Origin: Strigamia acuminata
Taxonomy: Eukaryota
Length of the DNA: 64,000 nt
Assembly: GCA_949358305.1 (NCBI GenBank)
Contig: OX442314.1
Span: 2,790,001-2,854,000 of the forward strand
Reading direction: 5' to 3'
A model generated the notes under the pieces. That model had not been told where the DNA came from, made no database searches, and saw only the letters and a program-made list of their open reading frames with translations. The position numbers were made by a program, and so were the translations under genes. Below are positions 45,566-57,815 of the stretch, piece by piece. Each line of letters opens with the position of its first letter. Positions within the stretch are counted from its first letter, which is position 1.

Positions 45566-48262
45566 TGTGAGTCCGTTACGATGCGACTTGGTTAAAGGTA
45601 AAGGTAACACTAAGTTTATTACAATGAAACAAGATGGCGATTACAATGGGATTTGCGGTAGCCAATCCGCAAACCCCCAATAGACATGGGGCGCCCCCTT
45701 ACGGTAAAGGAGTGGACACTGGGCGGCGGTCAGAGTCCGCCGTCCGGGAGTCACACGCCCCCCCAACGCAGGGCAATCGTCCCTTGATTGCGGGAAATGT
45801 GGCTTCGGTTGCGAGCGGTGGGCAGTCCGAGTTCTATTTCCGTCGTCCAGGGCAAATGTGTCGCTGACTGAGTACGGACTGGAGTACAGATCCTCGAATT
45901 TCGATCCGCGCTTTGCCTTGGGATACATTACTCTGTCCCCGACGATGAATGCGTTTCCCTTACGGTGCTCGTCGAGGCGCGACTTCTGGCGAGCCTGGGG
46001 CGCACGTGGATTCGTGCGTGCCGTGTCACGTCGTTCGAGAAGCTGAGCAAGGGGACGGGAAAGCGTTTTCTTCGAGTCCGGATACGCACCTTCGTCCTTT
46101 GTGTCGTCACGTAAAACACCGCGGCGTTGCTTGGGAGCGAGGCGGTGGCTGCGAACGATCGGAGTGGCGAGCACCGTCCTTGCTGTGTGCCCCTCGTTGT
46201 TGGTCTCAGAAATAGAGAAGTCGCGCTCGACGTCGGAACTCGGTCCAGGAAGTGCGCTGACAGCAAGGGTGACGAAATTGCACATACGAACCTCGCTAGA
46301 TGCATCCTTCTGTTTGATGAAATAGGCCGACTTCGTACGCCGACATTCCTTGTTTATGGTGATGGTGCCGCCCGATTCGGTGCACCACGACATGTGTTCG
46401 CCGTCGCGGAACGGTGTGCCCAACAGCATCTCGTACGGAGACTCGTCCAGCACGGCGACATCGTTCACTCGAAATTGTTCGTTCCCGATGGTAATGTTCA
46501 CCGAGGTGTAATCGACAGGAGTCGCGGAACCGTTCAGGCCGTTCAGGCGGTTGTTTGAGACGTTCGGGCGGATCTGCGACTTATCCAAAACACAATCGCT
46601 GCGAATCAGGCACACGTTTGCCCCTTGATCGAAAATTGTTTCGACCGTGCGTTGCGCTTCTGCCACGTATACGTCGACGATCGAGAATCCGGTGCTCGGA
46701 TATTTCGAGTAAAATGTGCATAAAACGAGCGGATTGGGCTTAGCGGCAGCGGGGTCGGACGTCCTGGGCCGCGGACAAGTGTGTGTGGTGTGGCCCCATG
46801 CTTGGCAACGGTAGCACTGCGTTTTCGTGATGTCGTCGCCGCGTTGGAAATCATTCGGGTTGGTACGATTCGAACCGGTGCTCCTCGACTGGTCGGCTGG
46901 CGGTTCTGGTGCCCGTCCGTGGCCGGCGACGAAAGGCGACTTTGGGGCGAAAGGGACCGCGGCGCTCGGTCGCGACGACATATTATCGAGCGCGCGAATA
47001 TACTTGATGACGGCAGGGATCGGCCAATCCTTCGTGATGAAAAGACTATTTCTCGTATTATAGTTCGCTACGCCCTCGAGAACCATGAGGACGATATCTT
47101 CGGACTGGACTGGGAAATTGCGTTTGGTGGAGTCGATCAACGCGAATTTGGCGACGGCGTAATCGATTAACGACTCGTCCTTCTTCTGCGTGCACGCGGT
47201 CATGCGGTCCTTCCACTGGGTCCACGTTTCGTTTGCGCCGAGGAACTCGGTGATTGAGTGTTCCCATTCGGCCCAGGTGTCGATGGCTTCGCCCTGCATC
47301 GTGTACCAGTGCGAAGCCTGGTCGCGTAACAATCCGTTCGCCTGGATGAGCTTGGTTTCCTCCGTCCATCCGCCGATTTTTGCGGCTCTGTTAATGCGGC
47401 GAATAAATTGCCACACGTCGTCAGTTTTGGAGCCGGTGAAGGGCTGTAAAAACTTTGCGGCGTGCAAGCCGTGTTTCACCTGCATCACGGGGATAGCGAC
47501 GGTCGGGGCAGCGGCTGGAGGAGGCGGCGGGTCTGGAGTGTTCAATATCTTAGCGGCCAGGAGAGCGACGACGGCTTTCAAGTCCGTCATATCGAGCGCG
47601 AGATTCGGAACCGGAACCGGGACCGGGTTGACAGGCAGCTGCAGCGCGGCGGCCGCACGTCTTTCGAGATTGTCGGCGACCAGCGCGTCGGTCATTGCCT
47701 GTTTCGATGCGCCGGCAGGCAAAGGGATCGCGCGTACGTCAACTTCGGCGCGTAATTCTTCGGCAGAACACCGCAGCAGAAGACCGGCGTTCGTAGAAGT
47801 CAAAAAGTCGGCCAACGTGGCCGCGTCCAGATTCGCCATTACGTCTTGTTCGTTTTTTATCGTGTTCGTTTCGTCCGTTTCGTTCGCTCGTTCGTATCGT
47901 TTTTGTTACGTCGTCTCGTTCGTCTCGTTCCGTTCGTACCGTGTTTGTTACCGCGCACGTGTCGTTCGTTTCGTTCGTTTTGCTTCGTTCGTTCGTTTCG
48001 TTCGTTCGTTTCGTTCGTTCGTTTCGTTCGTTCGTTTCGTTCGTTCGTTTCGTTCGTTAATTAGTCATAGTTTGTAGGTATCCTATCAACTGCGCCATGT
48101 GAGTCCGTTACGATGCGACTTGGTTAAAGGTAAAGGTAAGACTAAGTTTATTACAATGAAACAAGATGGCGATTACAATGGGATTTGCGGTAGCCAATCC
48201 GCAAACCCCCAATAGACATGGGGCGCCCCCTTACGGTCAGAGTCCGCCGTCCGGGAGTCACA
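45566..48262 (-). mobile_element. Non-autonomous LTR retrotransposon (2.7 kb) with a single Gag-protease ORF
   Basis: LTRs at 45566-45755 (190 bp) and 48098-48262 (165 bp; 25-bp deletion plus 1 substitution). 5-bp TSD GCTGC. PBS TGGCGCAGTTGATAGGAT (tRNA-Ser-like). G-rich PPT. (TTCG)n tract in the leader. Confidence 0.93.
45641..47839 (-). CDS. Gag-CCHC-protease fused to an integrase C-terminal tail; no RT, RNase H or IN core
   Basis: Capsid-like LLRDQASHWY...TWAEW, knuckle CYRCQAWGHTTHTC, protease IFDQGA, and the tail ARQKSRLDEHR...FIVGDRV...KFEDLYSSPY. The ORF runs into the 3' LTR. Confidence 0.88.
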   Translation of the reverse strand: MANLDAATLADFLTSTNAGLLLRCSAEELRAEVDVRAIPLPAGASKQAMTDALVADNLERRAAAALQLPVNPVPVPVPNLALDMTDLKAVVALLAAKILNTPDPPPPPAAAPTVAIPVMQVKHGLHAAKFLQPFTGSKTDDVWQFIRRINRAAKIGGWTEETKLIQANGLLRDQASHWYTMQGEAIDTWAEWEHSITEFLGANETWTQWKDRMTACTQKKDESLIDYAVAKFALIDSTKRNFPVQSEDIVLMVLEGVANYNTRNSLFITKDWPIPAVIKYIRALDNMSSRPSAAVPFAPKSPFVAGHGRAPEPPADQSRSTGSNRTNPNDFQRGDDITKTQCYRCQAWGHTTHTCPRPRTSDPAAAKPNPLVLCTFYSKYPSTGFSIVDVYVAEAQRTVETIFDQGANVCLIRSDCVLDKSQIRPNVSNNRLNGLNGSATPVDYTSVNITIGNEQFRVNDVAVLDESPYEMLLGTPFRDGEHMSWCTESGGTITINKECRRTKSAYFIKQKDASSEVRMCNFVTLAVSALPGPSSDVERDFSISETNNEGHTARTVLATPIVRSHRLAPKQRRGVLRDDTKDEGAYPDSKKTLSRPLAQLLERRDTARTNPRAPQARQKSRLDEHRKGNAFIVGDRVMYPKAKRGSKFEDLYSSPYSVSDTFALDDGNRTRTAHRSQPKPHFPQSRDDCPALGGRVTPGRRTLTAAQCPLLYRKGAPHVYWGFADWLPQIPL

Positions 48263-49156
48263 GCTGCTTTACGGCTAAATGTAAGCAAACCGGAGCGCCA
48301 CCTGGCGGAACCCGTGTCCTTTAATGGATGCCAAAATGTTTGCCCGATACGAATTTTGATGTTTTCGATACTAAAAAAAGATCTAAAAATTCTGAAACCA
48401 GGCTAAACCTGGTTAAAATAAAAATTCCTATCTATTTTGTTTTTTAATATTGTTATGAAAAGTACATTGTTGAAACGTTTTTTGGCACCAGACAATTCCA
48501 AGGTATAGATTTTGAGATTTGGGTGTTTTTGTGTTTTGGGGGTATATTTTGACATTTTGGGAATTTCGATCTGTTGCCACACCCAGCCTGCAAGAGTTAG
48601 GTGTCTGTGCTTTTAAACGAAGCAAAGGGACCCTCTTGACTACACACTGGCCAATTTTCAGACAATTCCAAGGTATAGATTTTGAGATTTGGGTGTTTTT
48701 GTGTTTTGGGGGTATCGGTCTGTCCGTACAAGGTAACTATATAACAAGGTACCGCAGCCCGGGACATTCTGAGTTATGACGTCACTACTTTTGGTCGTTT
48801 CCAAATGGTCATGTGATTTGTGCCGATGGCTGTGTCGTCACCACGAGGATAGATACCTTTGACCTTGTTTACATCTCCAGCTGAAACAACGAGTTGCAAC
48901 AAGTTTTGGAACCTTTATTTACAATCCAAGGTAAAATATCATACGAATTGTGTAAAATATTATAAGAATTGCGTAAAATATTATAAGAATTGTGTAAAAT
49001 ATCATAAGAATTGTGTAAAATATAAGAATTGTGTAAAATATAAGAAAAAAAAGAAAAATAAAAACAAAAAAATAAAAATAAAAATATTTTATCTAAGAAT
49101 TTAGATAATATTGCTTGTGATTTTAATTTCATATTCCTTATATATTTTACAGGAAA

Positions 49157-50332
49157 ATGGCCAACTGTGCTGTAGCTGTATGTGGCAATTACGCAAGAAA
49201 AACAAAAGGGCAAAAGATTTCTTACCATGTATTTCCAGTGGATAATCCAGCACTTTGCCGCTTATGGGTTGCACGATGCAAGAGAAAAGACAAATTTAAG
49301 GAAAAAAATGCGAGAATATGCTCTGTTCATTTTCCTCCTGATGCTTTTCAATTAAATTCTGTGAATGAAATGCTGAATATCCCATATGTGAAAACCTTAA
49401 AGCGCACTGCTGTACCCACTGAGCATTTAACAAAAAAAGCTCCTGGTAAGAAATTTAGGACATGAAATAAATATATGAAAGAAATATGAAGAAAATGGAA
49501 TAAATTAAATATAAACATAATATGAATTTTAATAAACAAAAAGAATATTTTACATCTTTTTAGAGTCAACTATAACTTCGAGTGATACGATGGAAATAAC
49601 AACAGAAAAGACAACTACAGATCAGCTGTCTCCTCAACCATCAGCCCTCTCACCAATTACACCACCTGATAATCAATGTAAGCAATATTATAGTGAAAAA
49701 AATATATAGTTTGAATTAAAATTAAACTTAAATTTTTTTAACAGGTAGAATAAAGCGATATGAGGCTAGGTGTGTACGAAAGCGAGCACTAGAACACATT
49801 CAGCAAATTTCACCGAAGAAAACTCACTATGATAAGGGTTGTAGTGTCGATATAGAAGATGTAAGATTTGCTCAGTTTGAAGAAAAAAGTAAAGAGTGTG
49901 AAGCGGAAAAGAAACAGTGGAAAGCAGAAAAGAAACACCTGTACAACAAAACCAAACTCTTAGAACAAGAAGCAATCATTGATACCGAGATGAAGGCGCT
50001 TTTGGAGAAGGAATTAAGCATTAGCAAGAAGAGTAACCATCACTACTTTTTTATAAAAATCACATTTTAATTTTTTTTAATTTATTACAGGAAACAAACA
50101 GCGCATCCAATCGTTAAATGTACAATTACGGAAATCGAAATTGAGAAATCCATTAAGATCAAGAAGAAATGAGCATGGGGTATTCAAGGACAAATTTACT
50201 GCAATTTTAAAACGTGTATTCACCAAGGGTCAAATCCGAAGTCTCCTTAATGGAGGAAAACGAGTGAACTGGGCAACTGAAAACATTGCAGCAGCTTTGA
50301 CTTTAAAGTCTTTTTCACATCGAATAAAATAA
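49157..50332 (+). CDS. THAP-domain protein / truncated P-element-like transposase (~310 aa). Exons: 49157-49445, 49564-49677, 49745-50032, 50091-50332
   Basis: THAP signature C-x4-C...FP...W...ICSVHF...AVPT, a coiled-coil-like exon, then VFTKGQIRSL...VNWATENIAAALTLKSFS typical of the P-element transposase N-terminus. GT-AG phases join into an open frame. Confidence 0.8.
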
Positions 50333-51148
50333 ATAAAAAAATAAATAAAAAAAATATTTGATAAATATTTGATATTTGATTTGGAATAAATATTTGATGA
50401 AAAAAGAAAAACTGCCTTCATTTAATTTCCTTAATTCCACAAATCAAGTAGCACAACGTTCTGAGACAACAATTTTGTGTGAAAAATGAGGCGCGCGCAG
50501 GCATAGTAAACTATCGTTATCATCGTCGTGACGTTGACCCCAGTGGGTCGTGCTGATTGGTTGACGCTCCAAGGCTGACGCACTAAGTCTGAGTCTGCCT
50601 GAGTAACACCCCCTGTGTCCGTAGACTGTCGCGAATGTAATGTTGTGCCAACTTCGAAACAATTTGCGGTAGTAGCGCACTCTGGCGGCGATTTGAAGCA
50701 CCAATATAAAAGCCTTTTTCCAAAAACGTACGGTAATTTTATTGTTTATACTTGTTTATACTTGTTAAACTTGACTTGAATGTTTGTGTGTTTGTTTCAA
50801 CTTTCGGTCACGTGACCTGTAAACGTCAGACGTAATGTAATTTCTCAAAACCGCAGCGCCACCTGGCGAAACCAGGACCTGTTTTTATTTACTTGTTTAT
50901 TTATTTTTTCTTATTATTGTTTATTTATTTTTTCTTATTGTTGAAACAATTTCAAGTTTCTCAAAAAATTATATTTTTGACCAGAATTGGAGTACACAAA
51001 TAAATAAACAAACAAACAAACTACCCGCCGTATTAATTATTACTAAACAGTTCAAAATTCACTCGCCATTGGGCGCCATCGTCTCAATGGCCGATCCCCG
51101 TTTCCGTGTTTACGATCACCAACTTTGGCGCTAAATAAACGATAAAAC

Positions 51149-53953
51149 ATGGACGTGATGTGGCAAATGCAAGAAGACATGGATTTAGCACTAGCGCTAC
51201 AATTACAGGAGGAAGAACAACAATCGTTAAACCCATCCACCACTCGCCCACAAATTCCCAAAACCAGCTCGGGTACACAACAAAAAATCCAAACAAAACT
51301 TTTCCACGATCAATAATAATTAATAATAATCAATTAACTTTCCAGATAAAAAATCCATCGCCGATCCTTCGTGGGAAACCATCGACCCTGTACCCGACGT
51401 GCACGGCCTCTTCCTCCAGTTCAACGACGAATACTTTTGGGGAAAACTCGTCGGCGTCGAAGTCAAATGGAGTCCCCGCATGACCCTGTATATCACTCAA
51501 TTCCCATTTATTTATTCAATTAATTTATTCAATTTTAAAGGTGTGCGGGCCTGTGCTGCTACGAGGGCCGTGGCGGGCTGTGCTCGGTGCGATTGAGCCA
51601 ACCGTTGCTCAAATTGCGTCCGCGCAAAGACCTGGTGGAGACACTATTGCACGAAATGATCCACGCCTATTTGTTCGTCACCGCCAACAATAAGGACCAC
51701 GAGGCGCACGGACCTGAATTTTTGGCGCATATGCATCGGATCAATAAATTGTCGGGCGCGAACTTGACTGTTTATCACAATTTCCACGACGAGGTGAATC
51801 ATTATCGCACTCACGTGTGGCTGTGCGACGGGCCGTGTCGCGGACGGGGGCCGTACTACGGGTACGTGAAGAGATCCATGAACAGAGCGCCGGGGCCGAA
51901 TGATATTTGGTGGAGCGAGCATCGAGCAACTTGTGGGGGAACGTACACGAAGATCAAGGAACCCGAGGGATATGGAGAGAAGAAACGGAAACAGGATGAC
52001 AAGTCCGATCCGCGTAAAGAAAAATTATTTCTGATTAAGGCATCCATTTACGGGCGTATTATTTTAATATTTATTCAATGTTCCAAGGGAGTACAAATGG
52101 TACAAAGTAAATTTGCGTGGCGTAATTGCAATTTTAGAAAAATGCATTTTTTTGTATGTAAATGTATATTGGAAATGCAAAACTGCTTTGTTCTGCACAC
52201 TCTAGATGCAAAACAATTTTTCTTGCGTGTAAATGCACATTCTAGATGTAAAAATTGCATTTTCTTCACATAAATGCACATTGGTGGTGTAAAAATGGAT
52301 TTAATGCACACAAATGTACACTGTAAATGAAAAGATGTATTTTCTGCACATTCTAGATACAAAAATGCATTTTATGCACATTCTAGATACAAAAATGCAT
52401 TTTTATGCACATTTTAGATACAAAAACGCATTTTTATGCACATTCTAGATGCAAAAATGCATTTTTATGCGCATTCTAGATACAAAAATGCATTTTTATG
52501 CGCATTCTAGATACAAAAATGCATTTTTATGCACATTCTAGATACAAAAATGCATTTTTATGCACATTCTAGATACAAAAATGCATTTTTATGCGCATTC
52601 TAGATACAAAAATGCATTTTTATGCACATTCTAGATACAAAAATGCATTTTTATGCGCATTCTAGATACAAAAATGCATTTTTATGCACATTCTAGATAC
52701 AAAAATGCATTTTTATGCGCATTCTAGATACAAAAATGCATTTTTATGCGCATTCTAGATACAAAAATGCATTTTTATGCACATTCTAGATACAAAAATG
52801 CATTTTTATGCACATTCTAGATACAAAAATGCACTTTTATGCACATTCTAGATACAAAAATGCATTTTTATGCACATTCTAGATACAAAAATACATTTTA
52901 TGCACATTCTAGATACAAAAATGCATTTTTATGCGCATTCTAGATACAAAAATGCATTTTTATGCGCATTCTAGATACAAAAATGCATTTTTATGCACAT
53001 TCTAGATACAAAAATGCATTTTTATGCACATTCTAGATACAAAAATGCACTTTTATGCACATTCTAGATACAAAAATGCATTTTTATGCACATTCTAGAT
53101 ACAAAAATGCATTTTTATGCACATTCTAGATACAAAAATGCATTTTTATGCGCATTCTAGATACAAAAATGCATTTTTATGCGCATTCTAGATACAAAAA
53201 TGCATTTTTATGCACATTCTAGACACAAAAATGCATTTTTATGCATTTTTATGCATATAGATTCACAATACGTGCATAAATGCGTCTAATACATTCTTAG
53301 AGAAAATTGACACAAAATTGACGTTTTTTTGATGGAAATATGAAGCAGTTTTCAGAATAATAATTACTCCCTATTGGATGCCTTATATTCAACATTTTTT
53401 GTCCGTATCACTTAAACTCCCTTAATTTCTAGTAGCGAAGCGACGGAACGTGGAACCGAAGAAACCCGAATCGACTTTTATCCCGTTCGCCGGCCGCGGT
53501 CACGTGCTCGGCTCGAGTGCCAGCTCGAGCACCCCGAAACCACTCGTGCAACCGCCGATCCTCGGGTTTCTAAAAACGATCAACGTGACGCCCGAAATGA
53601 ACCGACAAAACAAAATCGAGACGACGAAAAGGATAAGCACGCCGAGACCCGGCGTCGTGACGCTCTCAGAGTTATTGCGACCCGCAGGCGACACGTCATC
53701 TCGCATACGATATTCAGTGGCCAGGACGAAAAAAAAATCCATAGTTCCGCTCTATTTCTCCGATTCCGAAGACGAATTCGCCGAAATTCCAAACAATAAC
53801 AACCAAACGAACGATCGAACTTCGTCACCCGCCGCGAATAATCAAACCAACGATCGGTCTTCGTCCCAGGCCTGTCCCGTGTGCGCGCTTCAGATCGAAT
53901 TAAATCACATGAACGAGCACCTCGACTTGTGTTTACTTCAAAATTTGAATTAA
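51149..53953 (+). CDS. SPRTN: SprT-like DNA-protein crosslink protease Spartan/DVC1. Exons: 51149-51272, 51346-51487, 51541-52013, 53433-53953
   Basis: LFLQFNDEYFWG...WSPRMTLCAG, HEMIH zincin motif, HGPEF, SHP box FAGRGHVLG, and C-terminal UBZ CPVC...HLDLC. Confidence 0.95.
52345..53250. repeat. 31-bp intronic minisatellite (GCACATTCTAGATACAAAAATGCATTTTTAT)
   Basis: About 29 near-perfect tandem units. Confidence 0.95.
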
Positions 53954-54066
53954 TTATTTATAATCATCATTTTATGTTGCATTTTTTTTATTATTTAATT
54001 CGTACGAAAAAAAAAATTGAAAAATTGAATAAAAAAAGAGATTTTTTTGGATTTTATTTTGAATTA

Positions 54067-54531
54067 TTATTGACGTTGGGTGGCCAGCGGGTTCCTCAAC
54101 ACTAAAATGACCGAATCGCCGCGAAGGAACATCTTCGATATGTATCTGTCCTTGTTGACGGGTTTGGCCTTTTTCTTCCCTTTGCCCGTCTTCGGCAGCT
54201 CCGTCCACATTTCCTTCACGTTCTCCAACACCATGTTGCAATGTCTGGAATTTATTAGTTTAAAATAAAAATCATTTCTTCACCACCTCTTATTATTTAC
54301 CGATCGAAAGCCTTGACTCTAGCGAGTAATTTTTTGTTGTTTCTGCAGTTTATCAGCACTTGGGTGTTATTTTTCACCGATTGTGTGAGCACGCTGAGCG
54401 GCCCCGTGTTGAATTCTTCTTCCTCTCGTTTCGCCAGTTCTTCCGGCGACATATCGCTCTTCGGTTTCTGCAATAACCTGAGAAAAGGAAGTTAATAGTG
54501 CACTAAAATTAATGTTAGCCACTTACGACAT
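54067..54531 (-). CDS. SNRPD2: Small nuclear ribonucleoprotein Sm D2. Exons: 54531-54527, 54477-54301, 54244-54067
   Basis: [74 protein letters not shown]...[18 protein letters not shown]. Confidence 0.97.
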
Positions 54532-54745
54532 GTTGTTTTTAGCGGTAACAAACGAATCAAGTGGAAAAGCCTTGTTCTGGTGCCGCCGTAAAACGTAAAA
54601 CGATCGTAGTTATTCCGTCATAGGGCATCACGAGCGACACCGTGCGGGTTTTATTTTTATACGGCGCTTTGGGGTGAACTTGTGATTTTTATTTGCTCTT
54701 TTCCGGTCGTTTTGGTCGTGTTTGCGTGTTAATATTGTAGTAATA

Positions 54746-56114
54746 ATGCAGCTGTATTTGTGTTTAATGCTGGTCGTGTGTTTCGGGATTTGTGAATCCG
54801 AGGAAAAAGCGAGGAAGTTGCAGATTGGGGTTAAGAAGCGCGTGGACGACTGCAAAATGCGGTCGAGGAAAGGCGATTTGCTCAGCATGCATTATCAAGT
54901 AATAGAGATTTTGATGAAATGGTTAAAATTTGATTTATTATTTTTTTTTTAAGGGTAAATTGGAAGACGGGACGGAATTCGACAGTAGTCTAGCGCGCGA
55001 CCAACCGCTCACGTTTACCCTGGGATCGGGGCAGGTGATCAAAGGTTGGGATCAAGGACTTATCGGGTAATGACATGATTTTAAAATTTAATCAAATCAA
55101 AATGTATTTTTCATCCACAAAATGAATTTTACGTCAAAAAAATTATTTTTTCGTCCAAAAAATGAATTTTTCGTCCAAAAAATGAATTTTTCGTCCACAA
55201 AAATGAATTTTTCGTCCACAAAAATGAATTTTTCGTCCAAAAAATGAATTTTTCGTCCAAAAAATGAATTTTTCGTCCAAAAAATGAATTTTTCGTCCAA
55301 AAAATGAATTTTTCGTCCAAAAAATGAATTTTTCGACCACAAAATGAATTTTTCTTGTACAAAATAAATTTTTCTTATACAAAATGAATTTTTGGTTCAC
55401 AAAATGAATTTTTGGTCCACAAAATGAATTTTTGGTCCACAAAATGAATTTTTCGTCCACAAAATAAATTTTTCGTCTACAAATTTTTTCAGTTTTAACG
55501 ATATTTTTATTGAAAAAAGTCAAAATTATTCGAAAAATTATGTGAACTTTTAACGATAACTTTTAACGATATCCTACTATAAAATAAAGAACCCATAGTA
55601 AAAAATATATCCTATTCTATTAAAGTAATAATAAAATTTTCATAGTTTGTTTACAACCTAAACAATATAAACATAACTTTAACTGTCAAAAACTTTGCAA
55701 ATTTTTTCATTGATTCATTTTATCCTCATTTGTTCTACTTATTTTACATTTCAAACCATCGCAACTCTCAGGTTTCACCAGCTGCATTCAAAAACTAAAA
55801 TTATTTGTGTTTTACTTCAATTTTAAAACAAAAATGACATTATTTCCTGTTCAAACCCACATTAAAACTTAAAATACACTTAACTAAAATTTATTATTTT
55901 TGAATGCGGCTACTGTTTTTTTTCCACAGCACATCCACAGTGTAAAAATTTATATCTTTTTAATTTTAGAATGTGCGAAGGCGAGAAAAGAAAACTGGTC
56001 ATTCCACCGGAGTTGGGCTACGGCGCTTCCGGTGCGCCTCCGAAAATCCCCCCCAACTCCGTTCTTGTGTTTGAAGTCGAACTCACGAGAATCGAGCGAA
56101 AAGAAGAATTTTAA
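54746..56114 (+). CDS. FKBP2: ER peptidyl-prolyl isomerase FKBP2/FKBP13. Exons: 54746-54898, 54954-55066, 55970-56114
   Basis: Signal peptide, then [11 protein letters not shown]...[21 protein letters not shown]...[34 protein letters not shown]-terminal KEEF. Confidence 0.96.
55100..55485. repeat. ~21-bp intronic minisatellite (AAAATGAATTTTTCGTCCAA)
   Basis: Directly visible tandem units. Confidence 0.9.
55780..55911. mobile_element. ~135-bp MITE, copy 1
   Basis: TIRs AGCTGCATTCAAAAA / TTTTTGAATGCGGCT; a second copy lies at 57495-57628. Confidence 0.65.
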
Positions 56115-57494
56115 ACTGCACAAAATACAAAAAACAATAAAACATTTTGAAAGAAAATTCAGAATTGCATTTTTTTTGGTTTCAAAATTTTTATTAAGAA
56201 TAATCGTATCGTTTATCGTATATGTATATATATAATTGTATACTCGTAAAATGTTCTTTTTTTCTGTTAGATGCATTGAACGGTTTTACGCAGTGCCGGA
56301 TTACGAACAGGCAGAGTAGGCACCGGCCTATCGGCCCCGCAACAACGGATCAAAATAATATTGATTTGATATTGAAAGAAAATTACAATCGAGCTTTCTT
56401 ACTGTATTGCCCTGCTGTAAGTGGCATGCCGGCATAGAGTGCCGCGGCTCGTATTCAAAACTGCCATTTTTGTCAGCGATTACAATTTCGGTTTTTCGTT
56501 AGTTACATTTGTTTAATGTATCAAACAAACTCTGAACGTCACGAACGAAGCATACGTTCATCGTTCTTGAGATTAAATACAGAAACAATACCGTACTTTT
56601 GCAAAAATACGGTATTCTTGGTGTCTCAGCCGCGGCTACTATTCGAGGGCGACTCTTAATCGGTAAAATACGGTAATAACCTTCAGAATATCTAGAAAAC
56701 TCAAATTTCAGGCCCAAATCACAACATAATTATTAATCTGGGCGTTTTTAATGTTAAAAACCTATAATTCAGCTTTTTTACTTATACCGGCATGCTTGTA
56801 ACTGAAATTTTAGGTAATTTCTTGGACGCTGGCATGTCACTTAAAGCGGACTAATACAGCAAAATGTTTTCGGGAGATAGAAAAAAGTGTTAAAGACACT
56901 TAGGCGCATTCAAACTTTCTGTTTTTACCGCTTCTATAAATCGAATGGACATCAAAAAGATCTAGAAACCGATCACCAAAAACCGCAAAAAACAAAAACC
57001 ACTCTAAAGTTGTTTTTGAAATGGCTGCCTTGAAAATTAGATCGATGGGTCAAACTTTCAAGTGTCATAAACACTCTTGTGTGAAGCACATCCCAAAATG
57101 TGAGTAAATGCTAAATTATGTTCAAATAAGAGGGCCACGACCACAATTCGTCGGTCGAATAAGAAAAATTAATTTTTATGCGCCATTCGCTCCCTAAAAC
57201 GACAAACGGGCCGAAAAACGAACACAATTGCCATGTTTACGTGTACCCAGTTATCTGAATAAGTGAAAATGCGGATTTTACTTTTCTGGAAAACCGATCA
57301 TGTAAAAGAAAAGACACACTTATTTGTGAAACTAAATTCCAGTTATACGAGGTAGATTTTGGGCGTTTTGCGCATTGAAAACTGCATGTAAACACCCGTG
57401 CGTGCAGAAATTAAAAACTCCAATCGGAATATCGTCAAATCGTAGTACCGACACGTTATACCGACATTCCAACGACACTTAATACCGAAAACAC

Positions 57495-57628
57495 TAGCTG
57501 CATTCAAAAATAAAAATAACAATTTCAGTGTATTTTAAATTTTAACATGGTTTTAACCAGGAAATGATGTCATTTTTGGTTTAAAATTGAAATAAAACAC
57601 AAAATATTTTAATTTTTGAATGCAGCTA
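57495..57628. mobile_element. ~135-bp MITE, copy 2
   Basis: TIRs TAGCTGCATTCAAAAAT / ATTTTTGAATGCAGCTA. Confidence 0.65.
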
Positions 57629-57815
57629 CTGTTAAGAGAGCTAAAAACACGATATCCGGGATCATAAATGATTTGTTTAGCGGCCGAAATAGATCGACAA
57701 CCATTCTCTTGTTCCAGATAATCAAAATCCATTACGAGTAATTCACATGTGGCGTCATCTTTACCAGAAAACTACAGACACGTAAACTTTTATAGAAAAC
57801 TGAGTACATGTAAAC

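Noticed and set aside
52345..53250. CRISPR-like appearance of palindromic 31-bp repeats
   Set aside because: The units are contiguous with no unique spacers, they lie in a spliceosomal intron, and there are no cas genes.
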